Part shown: positions 11,873-23,654 of the stretch, in pieces | Numbering within the stretch: position 1 is the first letter of the stretch | Layout: the number at the start of each line of letters is the position of its first letter | Assembly: GCF_001194135.2 (NCBI RefSeq) | Contig: NC_068992.1 | Span: forward strand, 42,532,398 to 42,570,732 | Source of the DNA: Octopus bimaculoides | Taxonomy: Eukaryota | DNA: 38,335 nt | Direction: 5' to 3' | Position numbers and translations under genes: made by a program | The notes under the pieces: model-generated | The model's database searches: none | What the model was told of the DNA's origin: nothing | What the model saw: the letters and a program-made list of their open reading frames with translations, nothing else

Positions 11873-12586
11873 TGTGAAAGACAGGTGTAGTGGATCCATA
11901 CAGAAACAGCAATCAATGAGTACATATTGAGAATAAAAGAAATATAAAGCAAACAGTGTCAGCCCAGAAGAAGTATATCCCACACAAGACCTTTGCATCT
12001 ACTCATGGCCTTCTGAACTCCTCACAACAAAATGCTCAATAGTTCTGGAAAGTTCAACATCTTTGTAAAATCCATATTTCTGCCACATGGTATTCAATGA
12101 AATTGCTACATATAGCAAACGATTGTATGTATGTAAAATGTTGTATTATGAATTACTTTATGCAATCGCAGAAACCTTGTAAAAGTCTTGGTAGTCACGG
12201 CCGGAATGGATTTGATTACAGCTTTGATGGAGCATGGATGAATGCGCCTACATATATATATATATATACACACGTGTATATGTATACAGACACACACACA
12301 GATATACACACACGCGCTCAAATATAAACATTGCATTGAGTTGAGTTTGCGTGCTCATATCTGTGTGTGTGTCTGTGTTTGTGAGTGTGCGTATTTGGGT
12401 GTATGTGTGTATTTTTTGTGCAGGCGCGCGTGTTTGTACGTGGCCATAAATATCCCTTTATCGGCATATATATATATATATATGTATGTATGTATATATC
12501 TATAAAACAATTGCAGCGTGGATGGTGTTTATAACTATTCAAAATAATACACAAAAACCGTTAGATTCACTTCAACATTTAAATTT

Positions 12587-12641
12587 AATTTGTCAAAATA
12601 TTTTCGTCGCTTTGAGACCGCGACCTATTCACTGACAAATT
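12587..12641 (-). ncRNA. Minimal type I hammerhead ribozyme fold with non-canonical G3.U8 core
   Basis: The minus strand reads AAUUUGUCA-GUGAAUA-G-GUCGC(GGUCUCAAA)GCGAC-GAAA-A(UA)UUU-UGACAAAUU. Stem I is a perfect 9 bp, stem II a perfect 5 bp, GAAA is correctly placed, and helix III is palindromic. Confidence 0.6.
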
Positions 12642-12804
12642 TCTAGGTATGGTTGTGTGTGTGTGTATATATATATATATCCTTTAAATATATCGTTTAC
12701 TTTGGCTGCATATGCCTCAGGAAACGATCGCATACATCCCGCAATAGCTGAAATAAAGAGGGGTAGACAGAGCGAACTTATTATTACATACCAACCCTAA
12801 GGAA

Positions 12805-13030
12805 AGGCGGTGAGCTGGTAGAATCGTTAGCACACCTGGCGAAATGCTTAGCGGCGTTTCGTCTGTCTTTACGTTCTGGGTTCAAATTCCGTTGAGGTCG
12901 ACTTTGCCTTTCATCATTTCGAGATCGATAAATTAAGTTGAGAGACGATAAATTAAGTACTGGGGAGTCAATCTAATCGACTGGCGCTCTCTCCCAAAAT
13001 GTCAGGCCTTCTACCTATAAAAGAAATGAT
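12805..13030 (+). mobile_element. tRNA-derived SINE, family C
   Basis: GGCGGTGAGCTGGTAGAATCGTTAG head and GGGTTCAAATTCC B box. GATAAATTAAGT is duplicated internally. Confidence 0.85.
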
Positions 13031-14578
13031 TATTACATACAAATCCTATCAATTTAAAATTACTAAGTGCTAATATTTGTTAATTTATCACAAGCACGGT
13101 CATGCATATATACATGAATATATTATTTTCCTAATTATTTTATTATATTTCATTAAGTGTTTGTGTGCGCACATGCGTACCTGTGTATGTATGTGCGTGT
13201 GTGTGTGGTTATAAATTTGGAACGATCACTCTTAGGATACAGGAAAAATTTGAAATTATGCTTAAATATTGTAAGCGGCTCCTATTTCATGATTGTGTAT
13301 GCTTTTGTGAATTGGTGTGAATAAGATACAGCAGTGTGTGTGTGGCTGTGTTGAGGCTGCTTGTTAGAAAACTGTGCACTTTTGTATAGTGTATTTCCTC
13401 GGAGACATACATTTAAGTTATACCTGGACGTATACAGATCCTTTCACAGAGACCGACCATCTGTTGCTTACCCATCGTGCTTTTTTCCCCAATCTTCTAT
13501 CTCCATATTATTCTGTAAACATTGACCACTGCTTTAATGTAATCGTTAATAACTTTTGTTGGTTTTGCTTCAAATGTAATTGATCAAGTCATTCTCTAGC
13601 CGTTGCTTAAATATATCGATTTTATTCAACCTACATCTGCTTTAGGCGACAAGTGGTGCTATCACTTGTTAACAGACAACATAATCTCTGAGGACATTTT
13701 CGATAGCTTGCTGTGATATTTGGGTTAATTTTCATATAGCTGACATGTCCTTGCCTAATATTGATCTTAGTATTGATCTGAGATAAATCAATCAGTGCAG
13801 TGATATTTTCTTACGATCTATTAATTTACTATAGTATGTTGTATAAATCTCTTTCGAGACAACTGATTATAAACGAATTTATGTCGAATGTATCAACAAT
13901 CTGGCAGCGACTGAAATACGGATGACATGTTTTCGGGTAGGAGACGTCAACAGTTCTTATATCAGCTATTGATAATTAACATAAATCCTTCTGTGTCAGT
14001 TAATCTTTTAATTCTGTTAGTTTAAGTTTTGCCATTTGCTCTGTGTGAGATTGACAAGTTTAGAAGCCTAATCAACTTGACAGATTCAATCAAGATAGGT
14101 TAAACCAACGTATGTTTACACTGGCAGGCAAACTGATTTGTGAAACTTAATTCTCATTTGTTGGTTTCAATCGATTTTATAACCTCAGAATCGATAAAGC
14201 AATTGAAACCAATCTCAATTACTTTAGTAATACAATGTATTTATTACATAAACCAGCATCTAACTAATACTGTTAAAATAGTGTTTCTAATTAGAGTTAT
14301 ACTCACAATATTACGTGATCTGTAAACTTAAGTCATCTTACCACTGTTCAGTGAATATTAGAATGTTTAATGTATCAATAATTATACAGTAATGAAAGAC
14401 ATGTTTGGTTAACTTTGGACATTGTACACTACGTACATACGTTATTGGCGCAAGATCTATTATTGGCGAAGTTTAATTAGTTTTAATTATATACACACAT
14501 ATACAAAACCCCTTCTACCACATGTATAAGTATGAAAGTACATAGCGTTTGTATATATGAGTGCGTGTGTCAGTGCGC

Positions 14579-14620
<42 letters not shown>

Positions 14621-14904
14621 NNNNNNNNNNNNNNNNNNNNNNNNNNNNNNNNNNNNNNNNNNNNNNNNNNNNNNNNNNNNNNNNNNNNNNNNNNNNNNNN
14701 NNNNNNNNNNNNNNNNNNNNNNNNNNNNNNNNNNNNNNNNNNNNNNNNNNNNNNNNNNNNNNNNNNNNNNNNNNNNNNNNNNNNNNNNNNNNNNNNNNNN
14801 NNNNNNNNNNNNNNNNNNNNNNNNNNNNNNNATATATATATATATATATATACGCTTGCGTACACACATATATATTTATATAGTTAGATACATACGACAT
14901 AATT

Positions 14905-15004
14905 AGATAGATGGATAGCTAGCTAGATAGAGAGATAGAGAAATAGAGAGATAGAGAAATAGAGAGATAGATAGAGAGAGAGAGAGATAGGTAGATAGAA
15001 AGAC

Positions 15005-15038
<34 letters not shown>

Positions 15039-15173
15039 CCGACAGACATGCGTATGTCTGTATATAAGTTAATTTAGATGTGGTTATACCAAGTTACTTT
15101 GAAAAATAACCGTTTCGGGTTCCAAATGGTATTAACATCGAACAGCCATATTAATGTGGCGATAAACACTGAC

Positions 15174-15246
<73 letters not shown>

Positions 15247-15350
15247 CCTCTCTCTCTCTCTCTCCGTACACACACACACACACACACATATATATATGTT
15301 AATAACACGTGCGTGTGTGTATGTGTGTGTTGATATATATATATATATAT
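14905..15350. repeat. (AGAT)n, (CT)n, (CA)n, (TA)n microsatellite cluster
   Basis: Directly visible. Confidence 0.9.
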
Positions 15351-15649
15351 AGTCAACAGATGAGATCCAGAGATTCTGAGTATAGAAGACACTTAGTAAC
15401 ACTCAAATGATCTAGACTCCGATGTCTTTACCGGGGATCAATTTCGCGGGCAAAATAAAGGCTATAAAAAGGATCAAGTTGAGCGGGTATAGAGGCAATT
15501 ATGCGGATAAACAAATGAAATCTACTATATAAAACAACTTGGGTATAAAATACAAATTATGTGTATATGTATACATGCAAAACGAGAGAAAGCAAAGAGA
15601 TGAGACTTTCAGATGATGGATATTTGAGTATAAATATATAGATATAGAT

Positions 15650-16290
15650 TAATTGATCTAACTTACACAGAGTACAAGCGACTTTTTACATACCTTAGTA
15701 ATCCCTCTCAGCTGCTGAATTAGACAATTTCCCTTCGTTAAGTAATTGCCATCCCTTTCTCACTATCTCAACTTCCAATAATTCTATAGCGATTATCCCT
15801 AAATTTTGACACCTATTCACAAACTGAACAACAACCCTACATTTACAATTTATCCTACCCCTCTACCTTTTCCATTCATCTCCCAACTTTCCGGCTCTAC
15901 TACCACCTCTTTTAATACCCTCATCATGAAACCCCTCCCTCTTCCTGAAGTAGATGCTTAAATCCACTCATCATTCCCTGTTTTAACCTTCCCTTATTCC
16001 TAGCGACCACTAAAACTGCTTTTTCTCCAAATTTAATCATTCCAACTTTGAACTTCTCTGCACTAATAGCTGAAATGTAAGATATTTTCTACCCTGATGA
16101 CGGGGACTCGATTTATTCAACGTTGATTACTACTATTACAGCTTATATATTGTAATGAACTACATCTGCCAACATCATGATATATCTCCGAGCCCCAGGG
16201 AAACAGTTGTTGCCTTTGTAACACCTTACCTCCGCCACTTTAATTTTCTCTGTCGTTTGCACTCTATGTAAGTTGGATCTTTTAATATAA
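15650..16290 (+). mobile_element. Possible non-autonomous Penelope-like relic (C/T-rich body followed by CTGATGA...GAAAC)
   Basis: Strong pyrimidine skew at 15700-16060, CTGATGA at 16094, and GGGG(A)CTCG / CGAGCCCC complementarity before GAAAC at 16200. No coding homology recognised. Confidence 0.25.
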
Positions 16291-16470
16291 ATATCTATAT
16301 ATCTCGATTTTTATAATGAAATATTCATCGACTGAAAGTCTCCATTCTTCGTTTTCTCTCATTTTGCTTGTATATATACATACATATTTTGTATTTCATA
16401 TCCAAGGGAAAAATGCAATTCAATTTAACAAAATTAAATCAAATTTCACAATATATAATGTATAAATATA

Positions 16471-16675
16471 TAATTTAGAGAAAAAAAAAAACACAATTAT
16501 TTAATTCATCCATGAAAATCCATAATTACATATTTACTATTTTAATATTTATTACATTGTACTTTTTTGAATTTTATTATAGGTCTTTATAGTGTATTGA
16601 AAATAACATTTTTCTGTTTGTGATTGTGGATTTTCATGAATGAATTAAATAATTGTGGTTTTTTTCCCTAAATTA
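16471..16675. mobile_element. MITE-like hairpin element with ~60-bp terminal inverted repeats flanked by TA
   Basis: TAATTTAGAGAAAA..CACAATTATTTAATTCATCCATGAAAATCCATAATTACA (16471-16530) is the near reverse complement of 16619-16675. Confidence 0.6.
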
Positions 16676-17843
16676 TATATCTATATATATATGTATATAT
16701 ATATATCAAGTAGTAGACGCACAGACACAAGGCCGCGCAAACCAAGCAAAACATGTAGATATGCTTAGTTAATAGTATAATTTGTTCAGACCCCCATTAG
16801 TGCAGTCTGTAACTCGGGCTCCAGGGCTCAAAAAGATGAACGCTTGAATGAACGCTCGCGGATCTGTCTTTATTTTCTATGATTCTCCGTACCTGTATAT
16901 TTTAATATATAATCGATAGTTAAAAAGTATGATTACTATAGGTTGTACTGTAAACCTCTAGTACAATTCTATTTGAATAAAACTGCCAAAAAATGTAATA
17001 TTATCATTAACTAAAACATCCATATATTCCATAGGATTTCCGTGTTTGCCTCCAATAAATTTCACTCAAGTGGTGTTGACATGATACCATGATTTAATGC
17101 TACTCGGTTTAAACAGTGATAAACTGTCTGAACATTTGTATATGAAGCGGAGTGCCTTGTGTAGATTTTAATAGTCTGGAATAGTTTTATTTTCAATAAA
17201 GTTTGAGTAGATACTTAAGAATTTTGCCAGTGTTTGCGTAATGTAAAACTTTGTTTATATTTACAAAGAATAAATGTGTAGGTTTTAGCTGAACTAAGAT
17301 TTCTAACGCACAAATATGTCTGAAAACGTCGTATGGTGGGGCTTTGAGGTGTTATGGCTGTTGCTTGTGTGTAGAGGTATGTATGAGTATGAGTTACTCT
17401 GTGTGTGTGGGGGGGGGGACATGCGTCAGCTTTTGTGCGAATATGAAAACTTGTCTTCTTTCTTGGAGAACAGATATCGAGTAGGTTTAATTCCGATGCT
17501 AAGCAACACATCTGATTAGAATCTTTTAATCATTTGAAGTGTAACTACACAGTCATTATCAGCACTCTTTACATACATGCGCACTGGAACGGGGACACAC
17601 ACACACACGCACACAAACACATTCACATGCGTATATATATGTGTATATATATATATATANNNNNNNNNNCTTGGAGAACAGATATCGAGTAGGTTTAATT
17701 CCGATGCTAAGCAACACATCTGATTAGAATCTTTTAATCATTTGAAGTGTAACTACACAGTCATTATCAGCACTCTTTACATACATGCGCACTGGAACGG
17801 GGACACACACACACACGCACACAAACACATTCACATGCGTATA

Positions 17844-17922
<79 letters not shown>

Positions 17923-17929
17923 AGAGAGA

Positions 17930-17967
<38 letters not shown>

Positions 17968-18349
17968 CGTGTGTATGTGTGTGTATGTGTATCTAATTAC
18001 ATTGTATACGTTTATATATGTACATACAGAGAGAGACAGAGAGTGTGTGGGGAGGGAGAGAGAGAGAGGGATTACAGCTGTTCAACCTTTCTCAATGGAC
18101 GTACATTGCATATGTTTGAAGGTCTCTAAAGTAGGTTTACGAATATATCATACCAAGATACTGCGTGGACGGCATTAACCGTCGACAGGTCTCCGATATT
18201 AAATAAAGTGCTAAACGTATATGGTATGCCAATCAGGGACTCCGATTTGCTGAAACTACTAGGTTTGAAGAGTAATTAAACAGAAAGGCTTTTGTGATAA
18301 TTTAAAGCTGAGACTCCAACACGGGCCGAAAATAGATTAAGATACTTAC

Positions 18350-18361
18350 GCATGTGTTTCA
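18350..18361 (-). CDS. Candidate 12-nt symmetric microexon
   Basis: CTTTTACCTTTGTCTCTGCTTAG | TGAAACACATGC | GTAAGTA on the minus strand. It has a long pyrimidine tract, UGC just upstream of the AG, a consensus donor and a 3n length. Confidence 0.35.
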
Positions 18362-19218
18362 CTAAGCAGAGACAAAGGTAAAAGTGTCATGTATTTATGC
18401 CGCCTACGTATTTATTCTTACACACACACATATATATATATATTTGTCTCCCCTTACACACACTTCCTGTTTTGACACCACACTTACTGCTTAACACAAA
18501 CATTTAACCCTTTTTTAAAACCTAACACAACTTTCAACTCTCATGCATCCTTATTTTTCCTACCACTATATACATGAACTACTATTGAACTTCAAAAGCT
18601 CAAAGACAATATAATGTATGGGTATATTTATTTGTTTATATATTGTTGTTTTATATATTATTTTCTTCATTTTGTACTTCTTTGTAAAAAACATTTTCAT
18701 TCTCCTTCTTCTTGATAATTTGCTTTCGTAATGAAAACCGGTTAGAAATCTTTATTAAAATATGCTTCCAGTTTAGCATTCTGCCTTTTTTTTCATTTTC
18801 GTATTATTTGTCCACGTGTGGTTAACACGACCCCACTATTTACTGACTTATANNNNNNNNNNNNNNNNNNNNNNNNNNNNNNNNNNNNNNNNNNNNNNNN
18901 NNNNNNNNNNNNNNNNNNNNNNNNNNNNNNNNNNNNNNNNNNNNNNNNNNNNNNNNNNNNNNNNNNNNNNNNNNNNNNNNNNNNNNNNNNNNNNNNNNNN
19001 NNNNNNNNNNNNNNNNNNNNNNNNNNNNNNNNNNNNNNNNNNNNNNNNNNNNNNNNNNNNNNNNNNNNNNNNNNNNNNNNNNNNNNNNNNNNNNNNNNNN
19101 NNNNNNNNNNNNNNNNNNNNNNNNNNNNNNNNNNNNNNNNNNNNNNNNNNNNNNNNNNNNNNNNNNNNNNNNNNNNNNNNNNNNNNNNNNNNNNNNNNNN
19201 NNNNNNNNNNNNNNTATA

Positions 19219-19805
19219 TAATCTCATAAATAATACTGTTTTTTCTATTGCATGATCTAAAAGTCGGAGGTGGTCGGGATTAACTACCTGCATCAACTTG
19301 TTATAAAAGCAGGTAGTAATTTTACCTTGTACATATTCTTAGTGCAAGTTAGCAAGAGTTCGATTTTAACAGTTATTTTTTCAAAGTTATAATGGAAGTG
19401 ACAAAGGAGCATATTTTGCTTTATGAAATCAATAAAGGCAACAACGCAACGGTAAGTGCGAGGAATATTAATGCAGTATATTTGGATTGGACAATAAACG
19501 TAAACAGTGTCAACGATGGTTCCAGAAATTCCGAGCTGAGTTACAGACTAGAAGACAAGTCTCGCCCTGGAAGATCTATAGAGCTCGACGAGGACGTCCT
19601 GCAAACCTGGTGGAACAAAACCCCATCATAACTGTTGAGGAAGTAGCAGAGAAGCTTGGATTTGGTCATTCAAACATTCATCAACACCTGCGTGCTGTCG
19701 GAAAAGTCACCAAATTGGGTCAATGGGTTCCTTACAAACTTTCCGAGTCTATTCGCGCGCAGAGAGTGAATGTATGTTCTTTTTTGCTGTGTCGTCTCAC
19801 GAACA
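19219..19805 (+). mobile_element. mariner transposon 5' half (TIR, HTH region and WVP linker), 3'-truncated
   Basis: ORFs 19392-19631 and 19487-19990 join by frameshift to MEVTKEHILLYEINKG..CQRWFQKFR..LEDKSRPGR..LVEQNPIITVEEVAEKLGFGHSNIHQHLRAVGKVTKLGQWVPYKLSE. A TIR-like start follows TA at ~19219. Confidence 0.9.
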
Positions 19806-19829
19806 GTAAAAAAAAAAAGAAAATTATTT

Positions 19830-21904
19830 TAAATTTACCAATACGTACATACGATTTGGTGGTTTACATCGCGGATGTGGATGGCTGTGGATCGTCAATA
19901 TCAACTGCTGACTCTCGTTGTTCGTGTTGTTCGATACGCTTAAATAAACCGGTTGAGTGTTCCTTGAACTGTCTTCTTCTTTCCCCCTAGTATTATATTA
20001 TAAGGAGCAAAAGTTTCGTGACAAGCCCCCATAATCTTGGAAAAGCGTTGAACATTTGGATCCATATCCTCAAACATAGAAAGACTTTTTCCGATATATG
20101 CAATTGTTTGGCGCATGTTCTTAGTGGTAAAGTGTTGTGGTTCAGATTCGACATCCTCTTCTTTTTTATTTTGTTGCTCGTAAAACTCTCTCAAAATCCT
20201 CGTTCGTCAAGGCCTGCTTGTTGTTTTCAAATAAATCTGTGAAATCCTCCTCCTTCAAATCCATTTCCAGTTCTTTGCTCGTAGTCACTAGCGTTTTGTT
20301 GATGACAACATTATCAAACCCCTTAAAATCATTCACGAATGGAAGGCATAATTTCTACCATACACCATTCATAGCCATGCTCTGTACATCATTATATGAC
20401 CTTGCTATGTTCTTTACAGCCTTGTAGATATCATATCTCTTCCAAAAGTCACGAAGTGTGATGGACTCATCAAGATCAGTTGCAGCTATTGCTTGCTGCA
20501 ACGTACGCTTCATAGAGTAACGCTTTAAGAAAGCATTTATTCACTGATCTACTGGCTGCAGAAGAGACGTGGTGTTAGGGGGAGAAATACGACGATAACG
20601 TTGGGATCAAATTTACGATAGTTTGCGGGTGGTCAGGATTCCTTAAAAGGAATCTCCTTCTCCTTACAGTTCACCTCTGCTGTTGGGATAAAATGATTGA
20701 CGACCAATCTTCAAAAATAACAGTAATCTATGCTGTTGAATTAGCCATCCATACAACAGGGAGAGATGCCTTAGGCATGTTCTTCAGGGCACATGATACA
20801 CAAGCAATGGCTTTAACTTAAAATCTCCTGCACAATTACAGCCATCACAATGATCACAAGTTCTTTTGAGACCTTGTAACCTGGAATAGTTTCTCCTGTT
20901 TGGAAATGAATGAACGGTCTGGCAATTTTTCCAATACAATCCAGTTTCGTCTACGTTAAAAATCTGGTCGGGAAGAAACCCGTCTTCTTTAATGCATTAG
21001 GAAATCCCGCTACTGCTTGTTCTTCAGCTCATGCACTTTCACCTTACTTTTTAATGGAGGGATAACTTCTTCGACCCTTCAATTTCATGAACCATCCTTG
21101 ACTTGCCCTGAATTCTTCATCTTTCTCATTTGGATGTTTTCTTCAGCTTCTCAAACGAAGACAACGCTTTCTCTTGAATGGTTTCTTGACTAATAGTAGT
21201 ACGTTATCCATTCAACCTAACAATCCAAAGAGAAGGAAGACTTTCCATTTCTTCAAAGATTTTGCCTCTTTTCTTATTGATGACAATGTTCTCATCCCTG
21301 GGGATTCAGATTTGAGATGTGCTAAAATCTTGTCCTTATTATGTACAATCATCGACGCAGTTGTCCGACTCTTCCCAAAAGATCGAGCAATTGCTACCAC
21401 TTTTTCACCTTTTTCATGGCGTTTTATCATAGCCAGTTTATCTTTCAGCGTTATAGCATGACCCTTAACACTTTCACGAGCCAATAAACAGACGTAATTT
21501 TTTTTTGAAATGCAGGAATCACAAGTGACAATGACGCCTAACGGTAGATATTGGAACGACGGCGCAATATGAGCTCCGAAAGACCGATAAATAAGACGAC
21601 ATAGCTGATTTCATGATTTCGTTCCCTAACCTACACTACTTTATGGTGTTTATCATAACGTTTACTGTACGTATTCTGATATAATTTTATATGGTTTTAT
21701 TCTTATTTATTGTACAGTAACGTGGTTTTATATGCTTTTAACGGTTTTCTAGAGATTTTACGATTCCAATATTTATGGCGGACAGACGTAAAGTCGTGTA
21801 AAATGATTTAACTTGTTTTTTTATGTTTCCATATATTATTTTTGAAAACCGACATATAATCGAGAACGACTTATATCGAAATGATTTAAGACGAGGTATG
21901 GTTG
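19830..21904 (-). mobile_element. Degenerate Tigger/pogo-like (CENP-B family DDE_1) DNA transposon
   Basis: N-terminal HTH AITLKDKLAMIKRHEKGEKVVAIARSFG (ORF 21212-21484), FRASQGWF, DQIFNVDETGLYWK (~20930-20970), PPNTTSLLQPVDQ (~20545-20585) and C-terminal DMDPNVQRFSK..KKKTVQGTLNRF. The 5' TIR-like CAACCATACCTCG ends at 21904 beside TA. Confidence 0.9.
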
Positions 21905-22391
21905 TATAGTGTTATATAAAAGAAAATAACAATCATGATTAAACAAGCATCTCTGGATTGAAAGAAAAAAATCGACTTCATGGTCTTTTGACATCTTTGA
22001 TACAGGAACCATATCACTCAACTCTCAAATTTTAATAATTTGTCAATAGAAAACTGGGTCACGGTTCTACTGAGGTAGATGTGAAGACATTAAAAACTCC
22101 ACAGTATGTTCCATGTTGGGTTTTATAGGACGTCGTGAACCATGAATATACAATGTCCAAACGTTTGCTTGAAAACATAGTGTAGGTACATCAATTTTCC
22201 GGAAACCTTGATTCGAATGCCATGTTGGAATACTGAATTTTCCAAAACAACATGGTCAACACAGTCTCAATAAAACAAATGTGAAATTTACTTCAATAAG
22301 TAAAATATCGTTACCTGTAAATTAGTACAAATGATGCAAGTTTAGTAGTACTCTACAGTGCAAGGTAACGGTAAACTAGCCTGGCCGCTAC

Positions 22392-22428
22392 GGGAACTTG
22401 TAGTCCTTGATCTTAAAGTAATGCAAAT
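22392..22428. promoter_or_regulatory. Octamer plus ZNF143/Staf-like motif pair (candidate enhancer or promoter)
   Basis: Perfect ATGCAAAT at 22421-22428. GGACTACAAGTTCCC (minus, 22392-22406) resembles ACTACANNTCCC but has one extra spacer base. Confidence 0.25.
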
Positions 22429-22560
22429 TATAAGGGCTTCTGAAACTTCGTGTCCGCAATGTCAGTGTTCTACCTGTGATACAATAACATGAACATGGTC
22501 GTCAAACGTCGAAGAGGCATGAATTTGAATCGCTGGTTGCGGTGTATATTTCCTCAACAT

Positions 22561-22665
22561 GCCTTGGTAGCTCAAATCCGTGCCTTCTGAGATCACATTC
22601 TTACCTTCTAAGCTCAACGTATTGCCTTCTGAGCTCAAATTAGTGCCTTCTGAGCTCAGGTTTGC
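22561..22665. repeat. Five-copy 21-bp array with conserved GCCTTCTGAGCTCA and variable 7-nt linkers
   Basis: Units start at 22561, 22582, 22603, 22624 and 22645, with no indels. Confidence 0.85.
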
Positions 22666-23654
22666 GCTTTCATTGTTCGGGGATTAATAGCTAAATAAAT
22701 TAACTATCACGGGAAACAATTTTGTACCGACTCAAGACCGTCACACAATAGATGTCTGTTGTGGTATGTTCAAATTCACATTCCTTGCGTTCTGAATTCG
22801 AATCACATCGTACACGAAATGAATTTTAGAATTTATGCGCCAATTAGTTTCTCACCAGGTATTGGTAGCCTGGATGACTTTATTTCTGATCACTCTATTG
22901 ATAAAATTCGCGTTTACTATTTGAGGATACCTTTCTCGAATTGGTGTAGAGGGTCCTACAATAACAACAGACACTAATTTACCTGCGATTAAATTTAGAT
23001 ATAAAGATACACTACAAAACACTATATATCCCTTTTTTTGTATAAAACACTATATATTAATTTTTGTAACTAAGTTGCAATATTCTTGATCCGAAAATAT
23101 ATCCTAAAACACATGTTTTGTATCCCAAGGGAGTCAATATATCAATATACTATGTCCACTATGGTTCTTTTCCATTTTTAGTTTTATCAGTCAATTATTT
23201 AAGGACAACAACGAGTGATTGACTAAACAATTAATGAAACAATCAATTAGTTACTCGGTTAAATGGTTAAATGGTTAATTTGCTGACTAATAAACTTGAG
23301 TAGAACTAGTTCCTGTGTTTATAATTGGCATAATGACCCTCCCAATATCCAAGAAAATAAAATCAACTCCACCTGCTTAATTCCAAGTAAGCCTTAATGC
23401 TCCACGCAGGAAAATTCTCTAAAAATCCACACGTTAAAAATAGATAAAAAATAAAATAAATCGTTAAGATCAGAAAGATAAATGAAACCGAATCAGAAAG
23501 GTAGATGATTATAAATCTCTTACTCAGGAATTTATACAATTTTACCATTTAGTATTATTTTTAGAGCAGATGTTATTGTCAAATATTTAAGCGTTTCCAA
23601 CACGTCTAATATAATGTTTCAAATTTTGTTACAAAGGAATTAATTTCAGGTGAG

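Noticed and set aside
6745-13030. tRNA genes at A-box/B-box motifs
   Set aside because: They are SINE heads followed by shared repeat bodies, with no complete cloverleaf.
16094-16215. Intact hammerhead with a large stem II loop
   Set aside because: Stem II is offset and no 3' strand pairs with the bases upstream of CTGATGA. It is kept only as a possible relic.
17462-17870. Identical ~198-bp tandem duplication (17462-17659 and from 17670)
   Set aside because: The copies are identical, separated by a 10-N placeholder gap and end in (TA)n. This is the signature of an unmerged contig overlap, so it is treated as an assembly artefact.
18700-18850. Minus-strand RQNAKLEAYFNKDF*PVF resembling a GIY-YIG C-terminus
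   Set aside because: The match is too short and is cut by a gap, so a Penelope ORF cannot be supported.
22429-22445. AAGGGCTTCTG resembling the U11 snRNA 5' end
   Set aside because: Only 11 nt match, and no downstream U11 stems or Sm site were found in register.
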